The notes beneath the pieces were generated by a model. That model worked only from the letters and a program-made list of their open reading frames with translations. It was not told the origin of the DNA and did no database searches. The position numbers were made by a program, and so were the translations under genes. Shown here in pieces: positions 21,790 through 32,341 of a stretch of 64,000 nt of DNA. The stretch's first letter is position 1, and every line of letters starts with the position of its first letter. The stretch is from assembly GCA_963845185.1 (NCBI GenBank), contig CAWJRG010000001.1, positions 192,001 to 256,000 of the forward strand. The letters run 5' to 3'. The DNA comes from an uncultured bacterium (GTDB taxonomy: Bacteria > Oederibacteriota > PGYV01 > CAWJRG01).

Positions 21790-22050
21790 TTATTTTAGCG
21801 GCTCGATTTTGTCAAGCTTTTCATACGCGATTGCTTTCTGCCAGTCATTTTTAAGTTCTTTTTTATATTTATTTGCCCATTCAATTACAAGGCCGATTGC
21901 TCTTGGCGGGAGGTCTCCTGATAATATTGCCGGGGAATCTATGGAAAATATAGCTTCAAACTCCCCGTAAACGGCGTGAAAATGCGCGGGCTGGTGTTCA
22001 CGGTAGTAGATATAGATTACAATGCCGAAGAAACGGCATATTTCCGGCAT
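21790..22050 (-). CDS. DUF4160-family protein (putative toxin)
   Basis: MPEICRFFGIVIYIYYREHQPAHFHA.YGE...W...IEPL signature. Confidence 0.85.
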   Translation of the reverse strand: MPEICRFFGIVIYIYYREHQPAHFHAVYGEFEAIFSIDSPAILSGDLPPRAIGLVIEWANKYKKELKNDWQKAIAYEKLDKIEPLK

Positions 22051-22056
22051 GCGGTG

Positions 22057-22332
22057 TTATACCCCTGCGCCGGATTTCAGGACTGAGTCAACGCTTTTTC
22101 CCGTGATTTCCGCATAAAGTACGTCCGGGCACAGGTCAATTCCGCCCGGCCAGGAAACTGTATTGCTTTCTTTGTCTATAGTTACAGCGTTAAAGACCTT
22201 TTCATCGTTCCATGCGGAAAAAACGCCTTTGCCCTTCATATCGGACAAATCAACAACACCTTCAACATTGTCCGTAAATTTAATTTTAATTTTATACCCT
22301 TTGACCGGTGAAACGCTTTTAATTTTATACAT
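22057..22332 (-). CDS. DUF2442-family protein (putative antitoxin)
   Basis: V.P..GYKI.I.F.D...G.VDL...GVF...F..V....TVSWP.GIDLCPD.LY signature. Confidence 0.8.
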   Translation of the reverse strand: MYKIKSVSPVKGYKIKIKFTDNVEGVVDLSDMKGKGVFSAWNDEKVFNAVTIDKESNTVSWPGGIDLCPDVLYAEITGKSVDSVLKSGAGV

Positions 22333-22366
22333 GCTAACAGCCTCCTAACACAAAGTTCTTTTTGCC

Positions 22367-22417
22367 GAATGTATCAGAATGTATCAATATTATACAGCCT
22401 ATAATTGCCCTCGTCAA
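22367..22417 (-). promoter_or_regulatory. Sigma70 promoter of the DUF2442/DUF4160 pair, with a tandem 10-bp repeat at the start site (possible operator)
   Basis: TTGACG-17bp-TATAAT (22417..22389); GAATGTATCA x2 at 22367-22386. Confidence 0.65.
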
Positions 22418-22574
22418 GCTTGTGGGAAACCATAAAATTCCCAATTTTCAATTAAAATCGAACCATATATATTATATCATATTTTTCGCTGTTTGGCGGT
22501 AATTTTGCGGCATGTCCCATAAATCCCCATGTGCCTGGAAGTTTAATTTTTATGGAATACGGCAAATCCCCCCT

Positions 22575-22672
22575 AAGATAGCGTTTATTTTGTAAAGCCG
22601 AAGGCGACAACAAAATATTACGCTATCTTGTACCCGCTCCAGTCCGAGGCTTTAGCCGAGGACAAGTGGTAT
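22575..22672. repeat. Double-hairpin element, copy 2 (repeat family 3)
   Basis: aagatagcgt...gccgaaggc...acgctatctt then tacccgct..gtccgaggctttagccgaggac..agtggta. Confidence 0.75.
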
Positions 22673-22799
22673 CCCCTATTAAAACAAAAGACGGGCGTGG
22701 AAACCCGTCTCTACGATTGCAAACCTCCCTGCCCTCCTTGTTAAGGAGGGAAAAAACCTAAATCCCATGTGTCAAGAAGCAACAACACAACATTTTATC

Positions 22800-22827
22800 G
22801 TAGAGACGTTTTACAAAACGTCTCTAC
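22800..22827. repeat. GTAG-type REP palindrome variant
   Basis: GTAGAGACGTTTTacAAAACGTCTCTAC; a degenerate relative lies at 22686..22714. Confidence 0.8.
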
Positions 22828-22848
22828 GTTTAATTTTTTGGATAAGGC

Positions 22849-22881
22849 AAATCCCCCTTTGTCCCCCTTTATTAAAGGGGG
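22849..22881. repeat. 33-bp direct repeat (family 2) left of HEPN-MNT
   Basis: aaatccccctttgtccccctttattaaaggggg, identical at 23734..23766. Confidence 0.85.
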
Positions 22882-22913
22882 AATAAAATACGGCCCTGAT
22901 TAAAAACAACCGG

Positions 22914-23246
22914 TCAGGCGCCTACAGATATTCCTTCTTCCATGGCATATCCCACTATCAGTGACTTGCCCGATTTATATTCTTCCGGTGTTTTCATAAT
23001 TATGTCGAAAGGCACCGCAAATTTTTTTATCGTTTCCATCTCCGCAAACCCGACCATTTCAGCCCTTTTAAAAATATCCTTGCCCCTGAAAGATTTTGAA
23101 ATGATTATCAGGTCAATATCGCTGTCTTTTTTCGCGTCGCCCCTGGCGCGGGAGCCAAACAGTATTATATCGGACACCTCTACCCCTCTCTCAGCAAGCC
23201 TGTCCGACAGGTATTTTACAATCTTTTTTATTTTGCTTTTAACCAT
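22914..23246 (-). CDS. Minimal nucleotidyltransferase (MNT) antitoxin
   Basis: ILFGSRARGD....SDIDL motif. Confidence 0.9.
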   Translation of the reverse strand: MVKSKIKKIVKYLSDRLAERGVEVSDIILFGSRARGDAKKDSDIDLIIISKSFRGKDIFKRAEMVGFAEMETIKKFAVPFDIIMKTPEEYKSGKSLIVGYAMEEGISVGA

Positions 23247-23617
23247 TTTAATATCCTCTTTGTATTCGCCAGTATCCTGCCTGCATTTGCTTTGCTGAAC
23301 TCTTTTAACATTCCCTTTAAGTCTTCGGGATACCTTGCCGGTATGCTTGCTTCATTAAGCTTCATTATAATTGTATTTTGTTCTTCATCCGCTTTAATAT
23401 CAAGCGCATTTAGAAAATATAATAAGTTGTGCGTTTTAGGCGGGTTCTTTTTAAACTGCCTGACAAATAATCCCTTAAGGGCTTTTTCAATACAAAGATG
23501 GCACAGGAAAACCGAGTATATATACCGCCCGCCTGCAAACATAACAGCAGCGGACTTTATGTCATATTCTGCCTGTTCAAACCACTCTTTACCGCTTTTT
23601 ATGCTTTTGCCGTTCAT
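23228..23617 (-). CDS. HEPN domain protein
   Basis: W..QAEYD...A, HLCIEKALK, PPKTHNL, ARYP. Confidence 0.9.
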   Translation of the reverse strand: MNGKSIKSGKEWFEQAEYDIKSAAVMFAGGRYIYSVFLCHLCIEKALKGLFVRQFKKNPPKTHNLLYFLNALDIKADEEQNTIIMKLNEASIPARYPEDLKGMLKEFSKANAGRILANTKRILKWLKAK

Positions 23618-23655
23618 TTAACCCTCATATTTTATCAAGGCTGTTTGGTATTTGT

Positions 23656-23683
23656 ATTATATCCCATAAAATCCGGCTGTCAA
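23656..23683 (-). promoter_or_regulatory. Sigma70 promoter of HEPN-MNT
   Basis: TTGACA-16bp-TATAAT on the minus strand. Confidence 0.65.
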
Positions 23684-23733
23684 AGGATATTAATCTCTTC
23701 CATAAAGATACCTGTGGACTTATCAGCTGCTCT

Positions 23734-23766
23734 AAATCCCCCTTTGTCCCCCTTTATTAAAGGGGG
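23734..23766. repeat. 33-bp direct repeat (family 2) right of HEPN-MNT
   Basis: Identical to 22849..22881. Confidence 0.85.
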
Positions 23767-23827
23767 CTAAAGATGGCAGTCAAGCCTGCCGCTACATTCC
23801 ACGTATCCCGCTTCCCGTTTCCCTGTT

Positions 23828-24646
23828 CTATTCCTTCCCTACCAGCGACCAGACCGGCATATATAAAAGCCTGCAGGTTAATTTTACCTGGTCCTGGTAC
23901 CCAAAAAGCACAAGCTCGAGTTTTGTGTTGCCTATGCCCCAAAACACATAAATGTTCTGCGTGGCGCCCCTGATGATATCCGGGCGTTTCATCAACGGCT
24001 CTTTTTCCACGTCGTTTTTTTCAAAAGCCGGCTGTCCGTATAATATTTTAAGTGCCTTATACAATCCGACGAACCTTGCGTAAAGTATTATTTCCGAGTT
24101 TGGCTGCTCTATTGCCTGGCTCTTGGTCTTTTCCGTGTCGCTGAACTCAAATTTAATCCCGTATAATTTGTCCCCGTAAATCCCCAGGCTCATAAAGTTT
24201 GCGTGCGCTATAAATGTTTTAAGCTGCTCCTGCCCCACAAAAAGCGAAGATACAAAATCCGGGTCTTTCGCGTCTTTCCCGAAAGGATACAGCTTTTTCA
24301 GGTCGCTTGCTTTCATGTCCCACGACAATCCTTCTATTATATTTTTGTCCTTCGCGTTCAGGCCCGAGAAAGCCTGCTCGTCCTGGCTCAAGTATTTCTC
24401 GGAATAGTCTTTATAGACTTCCAGTTTCCTGCCCGAATCTATCTGCTTGAACACGAAATATCCCACTATTGCTATGACAGCGGCAACCCCAAAAACCGGC
24501 ATCCAGAAAGATTTGACTGTCGATACATGCGCTGTTCTGGTTTTTATTTCTTTTTCCCCTTTTTTTTGCGGAAGAGGCACTCCGCAACTCGAGCAAAATC
24601 TTGCTTCATCCCTGTTCTCTGTGCCGCACGCTTTGCATATGACCAT
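23828..24646 (-). CDS. Zinc-ribbon membrane protein
   Basis: CKACG...FCSSCG zinc ribbon followed by one TM helix and a soluble C-domain. Confidence 0.75.
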   Translation of the reverse strand: MVICKACGTENRDEARFCSSCGVPLPQKKGEKEIKTRTAHVSTVKSFWMPVFGVAAVIAIVGYFVFKQIDSGRKLEVYKDYSEKYLSQDEQAFSGLNAKDKNIIEGLSWDMKASDLKKLYPFGKDAKDPDFVSSLFVGQEQLKTFIAHANFMSLGIYGDKLYGIKFEFSDTEKTKSQAIEQPNSEIILYARFVGLYKALKILYGQPAFEKNDVEKEPLMKRPDIIRGATQNIYVFWGIGNTKLELVLFGYQDQVKLTCRLLYMPVWSLVGKE

Positions 24647-24736
24647 GATGCTTAAATCCTCCTTAAAAAGTTTCTGGTTTCAAGTTTCCAGTTTCAACAA
24701 CCTTCACTTCCCACTTATCACTTACCACAATAGAAT

Positions 24737-27700
24737 TTATGATACCTGCCTGTCTTTTTTTATCTTCCTTATCGCATATTTATTTATTTTACCCGACTCG
24801 TCGCCTTTTGACAATACCTGGTAAAGGTAAATCCCGTTTTCAATGCCGGCCGTATCCCAGTAAGAGCTGTTGTATATGTTGCCTTTTTTTCTTTCTTCTA
24901 TTGTTTCAAGCGTCTTGCCTGCTTCATTGTAAATCTTGATGGTGACAAGCCCGTCTTCCGGTACATAGTAATTAAACATTATTTTATCCGTTGCGGACTC
25001 GTAAAGGGCGAATATTTCACTCGATACGTTCAGTATGGTCTCGGGCTCGTCCTCCTTTAAATGTATGTCGTATATCATCTGCGGCGGCAGGTTCTTGGCG
25101 CTGACTTTTATTTTCACCTTGCCGACAGGCAGGTTGTCTATCTCATAATTGCCGTCCTTGTCCGATATGGACACGCCCAGCGTGGTGCCGTCCTCCTTCA
25201 TTATCTCCACCGTCGCGCTCGCGAGCGGCATGATGCCGTTTGCCTGCGTTATCATTCCCTTTACCTTGACTTTTGATTTTATTTTTACCATGTAATGCGT
25301 CGCGGTCTTGCCGAGCATGCCTTCCTTGTCTACAGATACTATATGGAAATAATATATCCCGTCGTTGAGGTTCGTGAACGCCGTGTTTGTGTCCATGGTC
25401 TTGTTGTTTTTCGAGTTCGGGACGGTAAATTCCGAATTATCCAGGGCGTAATAAAAGCCTATTATTTCGTTTACGTATTCCCTTTGCTTCCACTGTAGCT
25501 TGACCGTGTTTTCCCTGTACCATTTGTCCTCGTCCGGATGCGTGGATGAGAAAACCACCGGCGGCGGCGGTGTCATGGCCACATTCACCTGGAAATGCGC
25601 TGCCTCGGCCGATATGTTCCCGGCGTTGTCTTTCGCGGTCACGTGCAGGAACCACATGCCGTCTGGCACGTCCACAAAAGACGCCATCGTGCCTTTTGTC
25701 CAGCTCGCCGTGACAAGGTCCGGATATGTGTCTTTAATCTGGTTATAAATATAATAAAACCCTTCTATACCCGCAGGGTCAGGCGGCGTGGTCCATGAGA
25801 ACGAAGGCGAGTTGTTGTTGTACCATTGGTTGAAATCCGGGTGTGTTATGGACGCCACAACCGGCGGTTTCGGCAGGCTTGTGTCTATATTTACCTGGTA
25901 ATGCGTGGCTTCCTCGGATATGTTCCCGGCCTCGTCCTTGGATATTATATGGAAATACCACGTGCCGTCCGACACGTTGTTGAAATCCATCTCGTTATCC
26001 ACTATCCACGTGCCTATTTTGGAATCAGGCACCGTTGTGGGTATCTGGTCGAATACAAAGTAATAGCCCAATATCTTTGTCGCGTCAAGGGGCGTATCCC
26101 ATGACAGCTTTATGCTCCTGTTGTTGTACCATTCGTTCTGCATTGGGTGCGTGATGGAACGCGCGACCGGCGACATGGCTATCCTGTCGCATATGGCAAG
26201 CACCTGCTTGTTTCCGCTCTCCCTCTCGTTTCCCGTATTGTCCACTGCCCTCACTGTGTAATAATAAATCACCCCGTCTTCCAGGTCCTGGGATTCGTCG
26301 ATGAATCTCGGCTCTATAACCGCCCCGTCGTCGTTAATCTGCATGCCGAGCTGGCCCGAAACAGACGAACGGTAAATCCTGTAATATGCCAGGCCGCTGA
26401 TAGTGTCCACGGACTTAGCCCACTCGATAAGTATCTTTCCTTCCTTTACCGGCTTGGCAACTACCTGCGTAACCTGCGAAGGAGGGGAAATATCTATAGT
26501 TGTATGGATTTTTTCATCCTCCAGGTAATCCGACAAATTACCCGCGTTATCCCTTGCCTTTATCCTGAAATAATATGTAATGCCGTCCTCTCCCCTGAAA
26601 GTGGCTGCTGTTGTCTTGACTTCATTGACCCACGGTTTCCATTTGCCCTTGTCGCCTTCCTTGTAATCCAGCGTAAAGCAATTGACCCCCGACTCCTTGT
26701 CCTCGCCCCACCACTCCACCTCAAAACTCTCTGAAGCCTGGAATTTTTTCGGCTCTATTATATGCACCTCGGGCGGCTTTGTTTCTATCTTAAAGCTGCA
26801 GCACGAGGCCGTGGTGCCTATGTTTCCCGCAATGTCTTTTGTGACTATATGGAAATACCACTGTCCGTCCTCGAGGCTCTCGGTTATGGTAATTGTGCTG
26901 TCCTTTGTCCATTTGCCTGTTTTCTTGTCGGGAATGCTTTCCTGGTTCTTGTCAACGGCATAATAAAAACCGTCTATCCCCGACAAATCATCCACGTGCT
27001 CGACTATGAATATCGGCCTTGTATTTGCGTAATACTTGTCCGGGTTCTGGTGCGTGGATGACATAATATCCGGGGGGGTTGCCTTCAAATCCACGTTTAT
27101 CCTGAATATTGCCGGCTCTTCGCCTATGTTGCCCGCGTTATCCTCGCCCACCAGGTGGAAATAATACGTGCCTTCTTCCTCCACTTTGAATTCAATTTCC
27201 CTTTTGTCGGTGTTCACTGCCGTTTCGTGCGGTATCTTCAAAAGCTTTTCCTTTGAAAAAATATAGTAAAAACTCTTTATCTTGGACAGGTCCTGCGGTA
27301 CCGCCCATGAAAGCTTTATAACAGGGGAGTTGTACCACTTGCTCTCGTCCGGATGCGTGTTTGAAATTATTTTCGGCGCTTCCACATGGGTGTCTATCTT
27401 GAACTTGTAATGCGCCGCTTCCCAGCCGGTATTACCCCCGTTATCTTTTGATACGATATGGAAATACCACGTGCCGTCGGTAAGCTGCGGCAAAGTCACC
27501 TGGTTCGCTATGGTAAACGCCGCCGTGTCCTTGTTCGGCACGGTATTTGTCTTGTTGTCGAAAACATAATAATACCCCTCTATGCCGGACATGTCCTCGG
27601 GCGTATCCCATGAATATCTGAGGGAGCTGGTTGCTGTACCATGCTTCCTGGTCCGGATGCGTTTTGGAATGTACAAACGGCGGTTTTGCTGCCGTGTCAA

Positions 27701-30296
27701 TGCTGAACTTGAAATGCGATCCGAATGTGCCGGTATTTCCCGCCTTATCCTTTGCAATCACGTGCAAATACCAGACCCCGTCGGCCAGGTCGGGCGATAC
27801 AATCATGTCCTTTTCTGTCCATGTGGCTGTAATGTCCGGAACAGTTTTTGGGAAATTATCGACAATGTAATAGTAACCTTCTATTCCGGATAAATCCTCG
27901 GCCGGGTTGAGCTTGAACTGGCCTTTCTTGATGTTATACCATTTTTGCGAGTCGGGATGGCTGATTGAGGAAATATTGGGAGGCAGCGCAACCGTGTCTA
28001 TATTAAATTTATAATGCGCTGTTTCTTTCGAAATGTTTCCGGCCATGTCTTTTGTCTTTACATGCGCGTACCATGTCCCGTCGGCCTTGCCGCCCGCGGA
28101 AATTTCCGTGGAATTGGTGAAAATCCAGTCGGGCTGCCTCGGCTCGGTATCGGGTTTGTTGTCGACGCAGTAATAAAAACCTTCTATTCCCGATAAATCA
28201 TGCGGCTTTGCTATGTGTATTTCCAGCGCGGTATTCTTGTACCACGAGCCCTTGTCGGGATGGCTCTTCGAGCTTAAAACAGGCGCCAGCGCCTCTGTAT
28301 CTATATTTATCCTGTAATGCGATGTTTTTGTGCCGGTGTTCCCTGCTTTGTCCTTCGCGACTATGTGGAAATACTTTACGCCGTCGTCTATCGGCTGTAT
28401 CTTGCATGTGGTATCCGTAATGAATGTTCCTGTCCGCTCTGTCGGCACCGTGTTCGGCAAATCATCGATTATATAATAATAACCTTCTATGCCCGATAAA
28501 TCGTCGGGCGCGGTCCACTGGAAAACAGGCGTGTTGATGTTGTACCATTTCTCGCGGTCAGGGTGCGTGATCGATGTTACAACAGGCGGCAGCACTGCCG
28601 TGTCTATGCGCAGCGCGAAATGCGAAACCGTGGTGCTTATATTGCCGGCCTTATCCTCGATCAAAAGGTGGAAATACGATACCCCGTCCTCGATGCTTTT
28701 TATTGTTATGCCCTCTTTTACCGTCTTGTGGCAGCGCTCGATTTTCGGCGTGGTATAAGGGCTGTCGTCCAGCATGTAAAGGTAATTATTCACGTCCGCA
28801 TGCAGGCCCCAGAAAAGCTCGGCTTCGCTGGTGTTATACCATTTTTCCTGGTCAGGATGCGTGCGGGAAGTGATGACCGGAGTCACGGCGGCCGTGGTGG
28901 AAAAAACATAATCCTCCTGCATGCCGGAAAAACTGCCCATGTCTGAATAAGTAAGCAGCCTGAAGTGGTACGTGGTGAGCGATTTAAGGTTGTTAAGCGT
29001 AGTCTTATGTTTCGTATTCATGGTCTCGCTTATAATCTTATTGCCGTATGTAATGTCCGTCCCGTATTCAAGTATTGTCTTTGCGTCTTTGTCCGTCTCC
29101 CAGCTTACCTGCACGCTGTGTGACGTTATTTCCCCTGTTTCCGCCTTCAGGACTTTCGGCGGCGGGGTATTGCTCATGGTCGTCCTGAATATCCTGCCTT
29201 TGGGCGACGAGCCGAAATACAAATAGCCGTTGAAGACAAAAAGGTTCCTTATGTCCTCTTCTTCTGTCTGGAAAGCCGTTTCCCATTTTTTTCCATCCGG
29301 CGACTTGTATATTTTGCCGTTGTCGCCGCTGCCGCAGTAAAGCATGTTGCCGAAAAGCGCGAACTTGAAAAAATTCACGTCTTTTTCGCTGAAAAAATTC
29401 TCAACCCAGTTTATGCCATCGTCGGTTGCGAATATCAAGCCGCCCGTGGCTTTTGAAGTCGAGGCGTAAAGCCTGTTTTTGAACACGAAGAAATCGTTGA
29501 CAAACGACTGGTTTGTGTCGAAAATCTTCTGCCAGTTGACCCCATCGGCAGTCCTGTATATGAGCCCGTTCTGGTAGGTGCCTGCGTATAAATAATCCCT
29601 GAACACGCGCAGGGATGTTATGGCAAGCTCAGGCGTGGTGAGGGATATCACCCAGTGCGTGCCGTTATATGTGTATATTTTTCCTTCGTTTGACGTCCCC
29701 GCAAAAAGCCTGCCGTGAAACGCCTCGATGCAGTGTATCCTCGCCTCGCCGCTGTTAAAGGCAAGCGCCCAGTTTTTGCCGTCCTGGGTCTCGTAAATGC
29801 CGCCGTTAGCGTTTGTCCCGCAGAACATTTTCGGCGTGCCCAGGTCGTTGAAGGATTTCAGGCAGTAAATCTGAGGGGTATAATCCCCGAGCGGCATGGT
29901 GCCGTCGCTTTCCGGCGCCTTTGTGGTGCCGACCGGCGGGTTAAAATACGGCGAAAAAATATTGGCGACCGTGATTGACTCCCACGCGCTTATATCCCCT
30001 GTTTTTGTCCTTATTACCACGTCTTTGTTCGTGGCCGCGTAAAGCTGGCCGTTAAACTCCTCAAAATCATAGACTATGTTGTTTATGGAGTCCTCGTACA
30101 CCGGGATGAAAGATTCCTTTGGGACATATTTTATGTAAAGCGGCATGGCTGCCTTTATGTTTTTAAGCACATCGCTTCTGCTCTCCCCGCTCGCGATGAG
30201 CCCGGGCAGGTCGCTGCATTCGCCAATGAATTTCCCGTCATCCTCTTTTATCGTTACCTCAAAATTTACTGTTATGTCCTTTTTGCTTTCCTTCAT
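24737..30296 (-). CDS. Giant (~1850 aa) repeat protein split by a frameshift near 27613: HicB-like N-terminus, beta-propeller, FN3, ten S.THPD..WY repeats, carboxypeptidase-regulatory-like and FlgD-Ig-like domains
   Basis: Track ORFs 27441..30296 and 24737..27757 join within one repeat (WYSNQLPQI in one frame, SWDTPEDMSGIEGYYY in the next). Confidence 0.8.
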
Positions 30297-30320
30297 GTTT
30301 CTCCTAGAAACCGCCTTTCA

Positions 30321-30412
30321 CCCTCTCTCTGTCTCCCCCGTCAAGGGGGAGAAGATTCTTTTATCTCGCTTCAACACCCTCTCCCTTGACGGGAGAGGGT
30401 TGGGTGAGGGTG
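30321..30412. repeat. Inverted doublet of CCCTCTCCC/GGGAGAGGG-type palindromes (family 2 relative)
   Basis: tctcccccgtcaagggggaga ... ccctctcccttgacgggagaggg. Confidence 0.65.
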
Positions 30413-30431
30413 ATGCGTTTTTATTTAAAAT

Positions 30432-30890
30432 CTATTTTATATGGTAAATTACCGCCTGCTCGTCGCACTTCGGAAATTTCGGGCACGAAAAGCAGTCCTT
30501 CCAAATTTTATGGGGAAGATTTTTCCTTGCAATGGCCGAAAAACCTTTGCGCTTGAAATACTCGGGTATCTTGGTCAGCGCAAATACCTTTTTCAGTCCC
30601 AGTTCCTTTGCTTCCTTGAGAGCGTGTGTTATAAGCTTGTCTCCCAGCCCCTGCTTCCTGCATTTTTTTTCAATGACAAACGACCTTATCTCGCCCAGGT
30701 CTTCCCAGTAAACATGCAGGGCAACCGCCCCGTAGATATTCTTCTTTTCATAAAGCACGAAATAATCCCTTATCTGTTCGTAAATATCCTCGAGCGGCCT
30801 TACTATAAGGTCTGCGCCCGGGGTGTATTTTTTCAGCAGGCTCTGGATATATCCCGCGTCTTTTACTCTGGCCCTTCTTATCCTTATCAT
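30432..30890 (-). CDS. GNAT N-acetyltransferase (short ArgA-like)
   Basis: LYEQIRDY-like, ALHVYWEDLGEIRS, VFALT..PEYF, LPHKIWKDC..CPKFP.CDE. Confidence 0.85.
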   Translation of the reverse strand: MIRIRRARVKDAGYIQSLLKKYTPGADLIVRPLEDIYEQIRDYFVLYEKKNIYGAVALHVYWEDLGEIRSFVIEKKCRKQGLGDKLITHALKEAKELGLKKVFALTKIPEYFKRKGFSAIARKNLPHKIWKDCFSCPKFPKCDEQAVIYHIK

Positions 30891-31441
30891 TTTGCGCTTG
30901 TTTTCCCAGTCACAAAATCCATTCCCGCGTCATAAGCTAGTACGTTTTTGTCGAGTATGTCCTTGCTCCTGTTTTTAAGCGATTCCGCTATTACGCCGCG
31001 TCCGCTTTCTGCCTTAAAAAGCTTTTTTGCTCCAATATATGCGCCTGCTATTACTGTGTTCATGGCCTTTATGAAACCGATCTTCCTCGCCATATCGCCT
31101 GCCGGGATAAGTATTTTTTCCCCGCCGCCAGCCACTGTATCCTGCTGTATCAGGGATATGTTTTCCAGCACAAAAGTATTTTTTGTTGCTTTTGTCCCGT
31201 AAGTATCAACTGCCCTCTGGTCAAAAAATATAAGCGTATCAGGCACGTCAACAAGCGGGGAAAATATTTCCTCGTCTGATATTACCACGTTGCAGAAAGA
31301 AAATCCGCCTCTTTTTTCCGCGCCGTAAGCCGGCACCCAGGAAACTTTCTTGCCCTCGAATATTCCTATATTCGCGAGGAACACGCCGAGCGTCAATACG
31401 CCCTGGCCTCCGCTCCCTGCTATGATTATGTTTTCAGTCAT
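30887..31441 (-). CDS. 2-oxoacid:ferredoxin oxidoreductase gamma subunit
   Basis: IAGSGGQGVL, PAYGAEKRGG. Confidence 0.9.
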   Translation of the reverse strand: MTENIIIAGSGGQGVLTLGVFLANIGIFEGKKVSWVPAYGAEKRGGFSFCNVVISDEEIFSPLVDVPDTLIFFDQRAVDTYGTKATKNTFVLENISLIQQDTVAGGGEKILIPAGDMARKIGFIKAMNTVIAGAYIGAKKLFKAESGRGVIAESLKNRSKDILDKNVLAYDAGMDFVTGKTSAK

Positions 31442-31478
31442 TTATATTTTCTCCTCAATTCATTTATTGCGCTGCCTT

Positions 31479-31558
31479 AAAACCCCCTGTTATCCCCCTT
31501 TATTAAAGGGGGATGTAATCTCTCCCCCTTAATAAGAGGGAGTATTAGGAGGGGGTTT
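31479..31558. repeat. Inverted doublet of family 2 palindromes inside the oxidoreductase operon
   Basis: atccccctttattaaagggggat ... ctcccccttaataagagggag. Confidence 0.7.
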
Positions 31559-31597
31559 GCCTTAAATCCCTCTCAAATCAAAGCTACCAAAATTATA

Positions 31598-32341
31598 TTA
31601 ACCAACATCTTTTATCTTCCCTACCGGGAAATATTCTTCCATTTTTTCATCAATCCACTTGTTCGATTCCACTGGTTCCATGCCCCAGTTTGTCGGGCAG
31701 GATGAAAGCACCTCTATAAACGAAAACCCTACTTTATTTATCTGGTTTAAAAAGGCTTTTTTTATTGCCTTTTTTGTCCTTATGACAGAAGCAGCGTCGG
31801 TGACTTTCACGCGCTCCAGATATTTTACGCCCTCGAACTGCGATAAAAGCTCGGAAACTTTTATCGGGTATCCGTAATTTGCCGCGTCCCTGCCCATAGG
31901 CGACGTTGTTGTCACCTGGTTTATAAGTGTGGTCGGCGCGAGCTGTCCGCCCGTCATGCCGTAATTCGCGTTGTTTATGAATATGACCGTAATATTTTCG
32001 CCCCTGTTCGCCGTGTGTATGGTCTCTGCCATTCCTATTGACGCTAAATCACCGTCGCCCTGGTAGCTGAAAACTATGTTGTCGGGTAAAACCCTTTTTA
32101 TTGCAGTCGCGACAACAGGAGTCCTGCCGTGCGGCGCTTCTGTCACGTCAAAATCCCAGAAGTCATAGGCAAATACCGCGCAGCCAACAGGCGCCACGCC
32201 GACCATCTTTTCCCTTATCCCGAGTTCGTCCACTACCTCTGCTATGAGTTTGTGCACAACGGAATGCCCGCATCCCGGGCAGTATGACATTGACACGTCC
32301 CTCAGGGATTCGGGTTTTGAATATATTTTTTTCTCTTCCAT
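31598..32341 (-). CDS. 2-oxoacid:ferredoxin oxidoreductase beta (TPP-binding) subunit
   Basis: YCPGCGH, PVGC, QGDGDLASIG, YGMTGGQ, CPTNW. Confidence 0.92.
   Translation of the reverse strand: MEEKKIYSKPESLRDVSMSYCPGCGHSVVHKLIAEVVDELGIREKMVGVAPVGCAVFAYDFWDFDVTEAPHGRTPVVATAIKRVLPDNIVFSYQGDGDLASIGMAETIHTANRGENITVIFINNANYGMTGGQLAPTTLINQVTTTSPMGRDAANYGYPIKVSELLSQFEGVKYLERVKVTDAASVIRTKKAIKKAFLNQINKVGFSFIEVLSSCPTNWGMEPVESNKWIDEKMEEYFPVGKIKDVG

Noticed and set aside
21790..23617. TA modules as integron cassettes
   Set aside because: No integron integrase and no convincing RYYYAAC...GTTRRRY attC pairs; both modules have their own promoters
27441..27757. Programmed ribosomal frameshift or two separate genes
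   Set aside because: The break falls mid-repeat with no slippery sequence; a simple indel is more parsimonious
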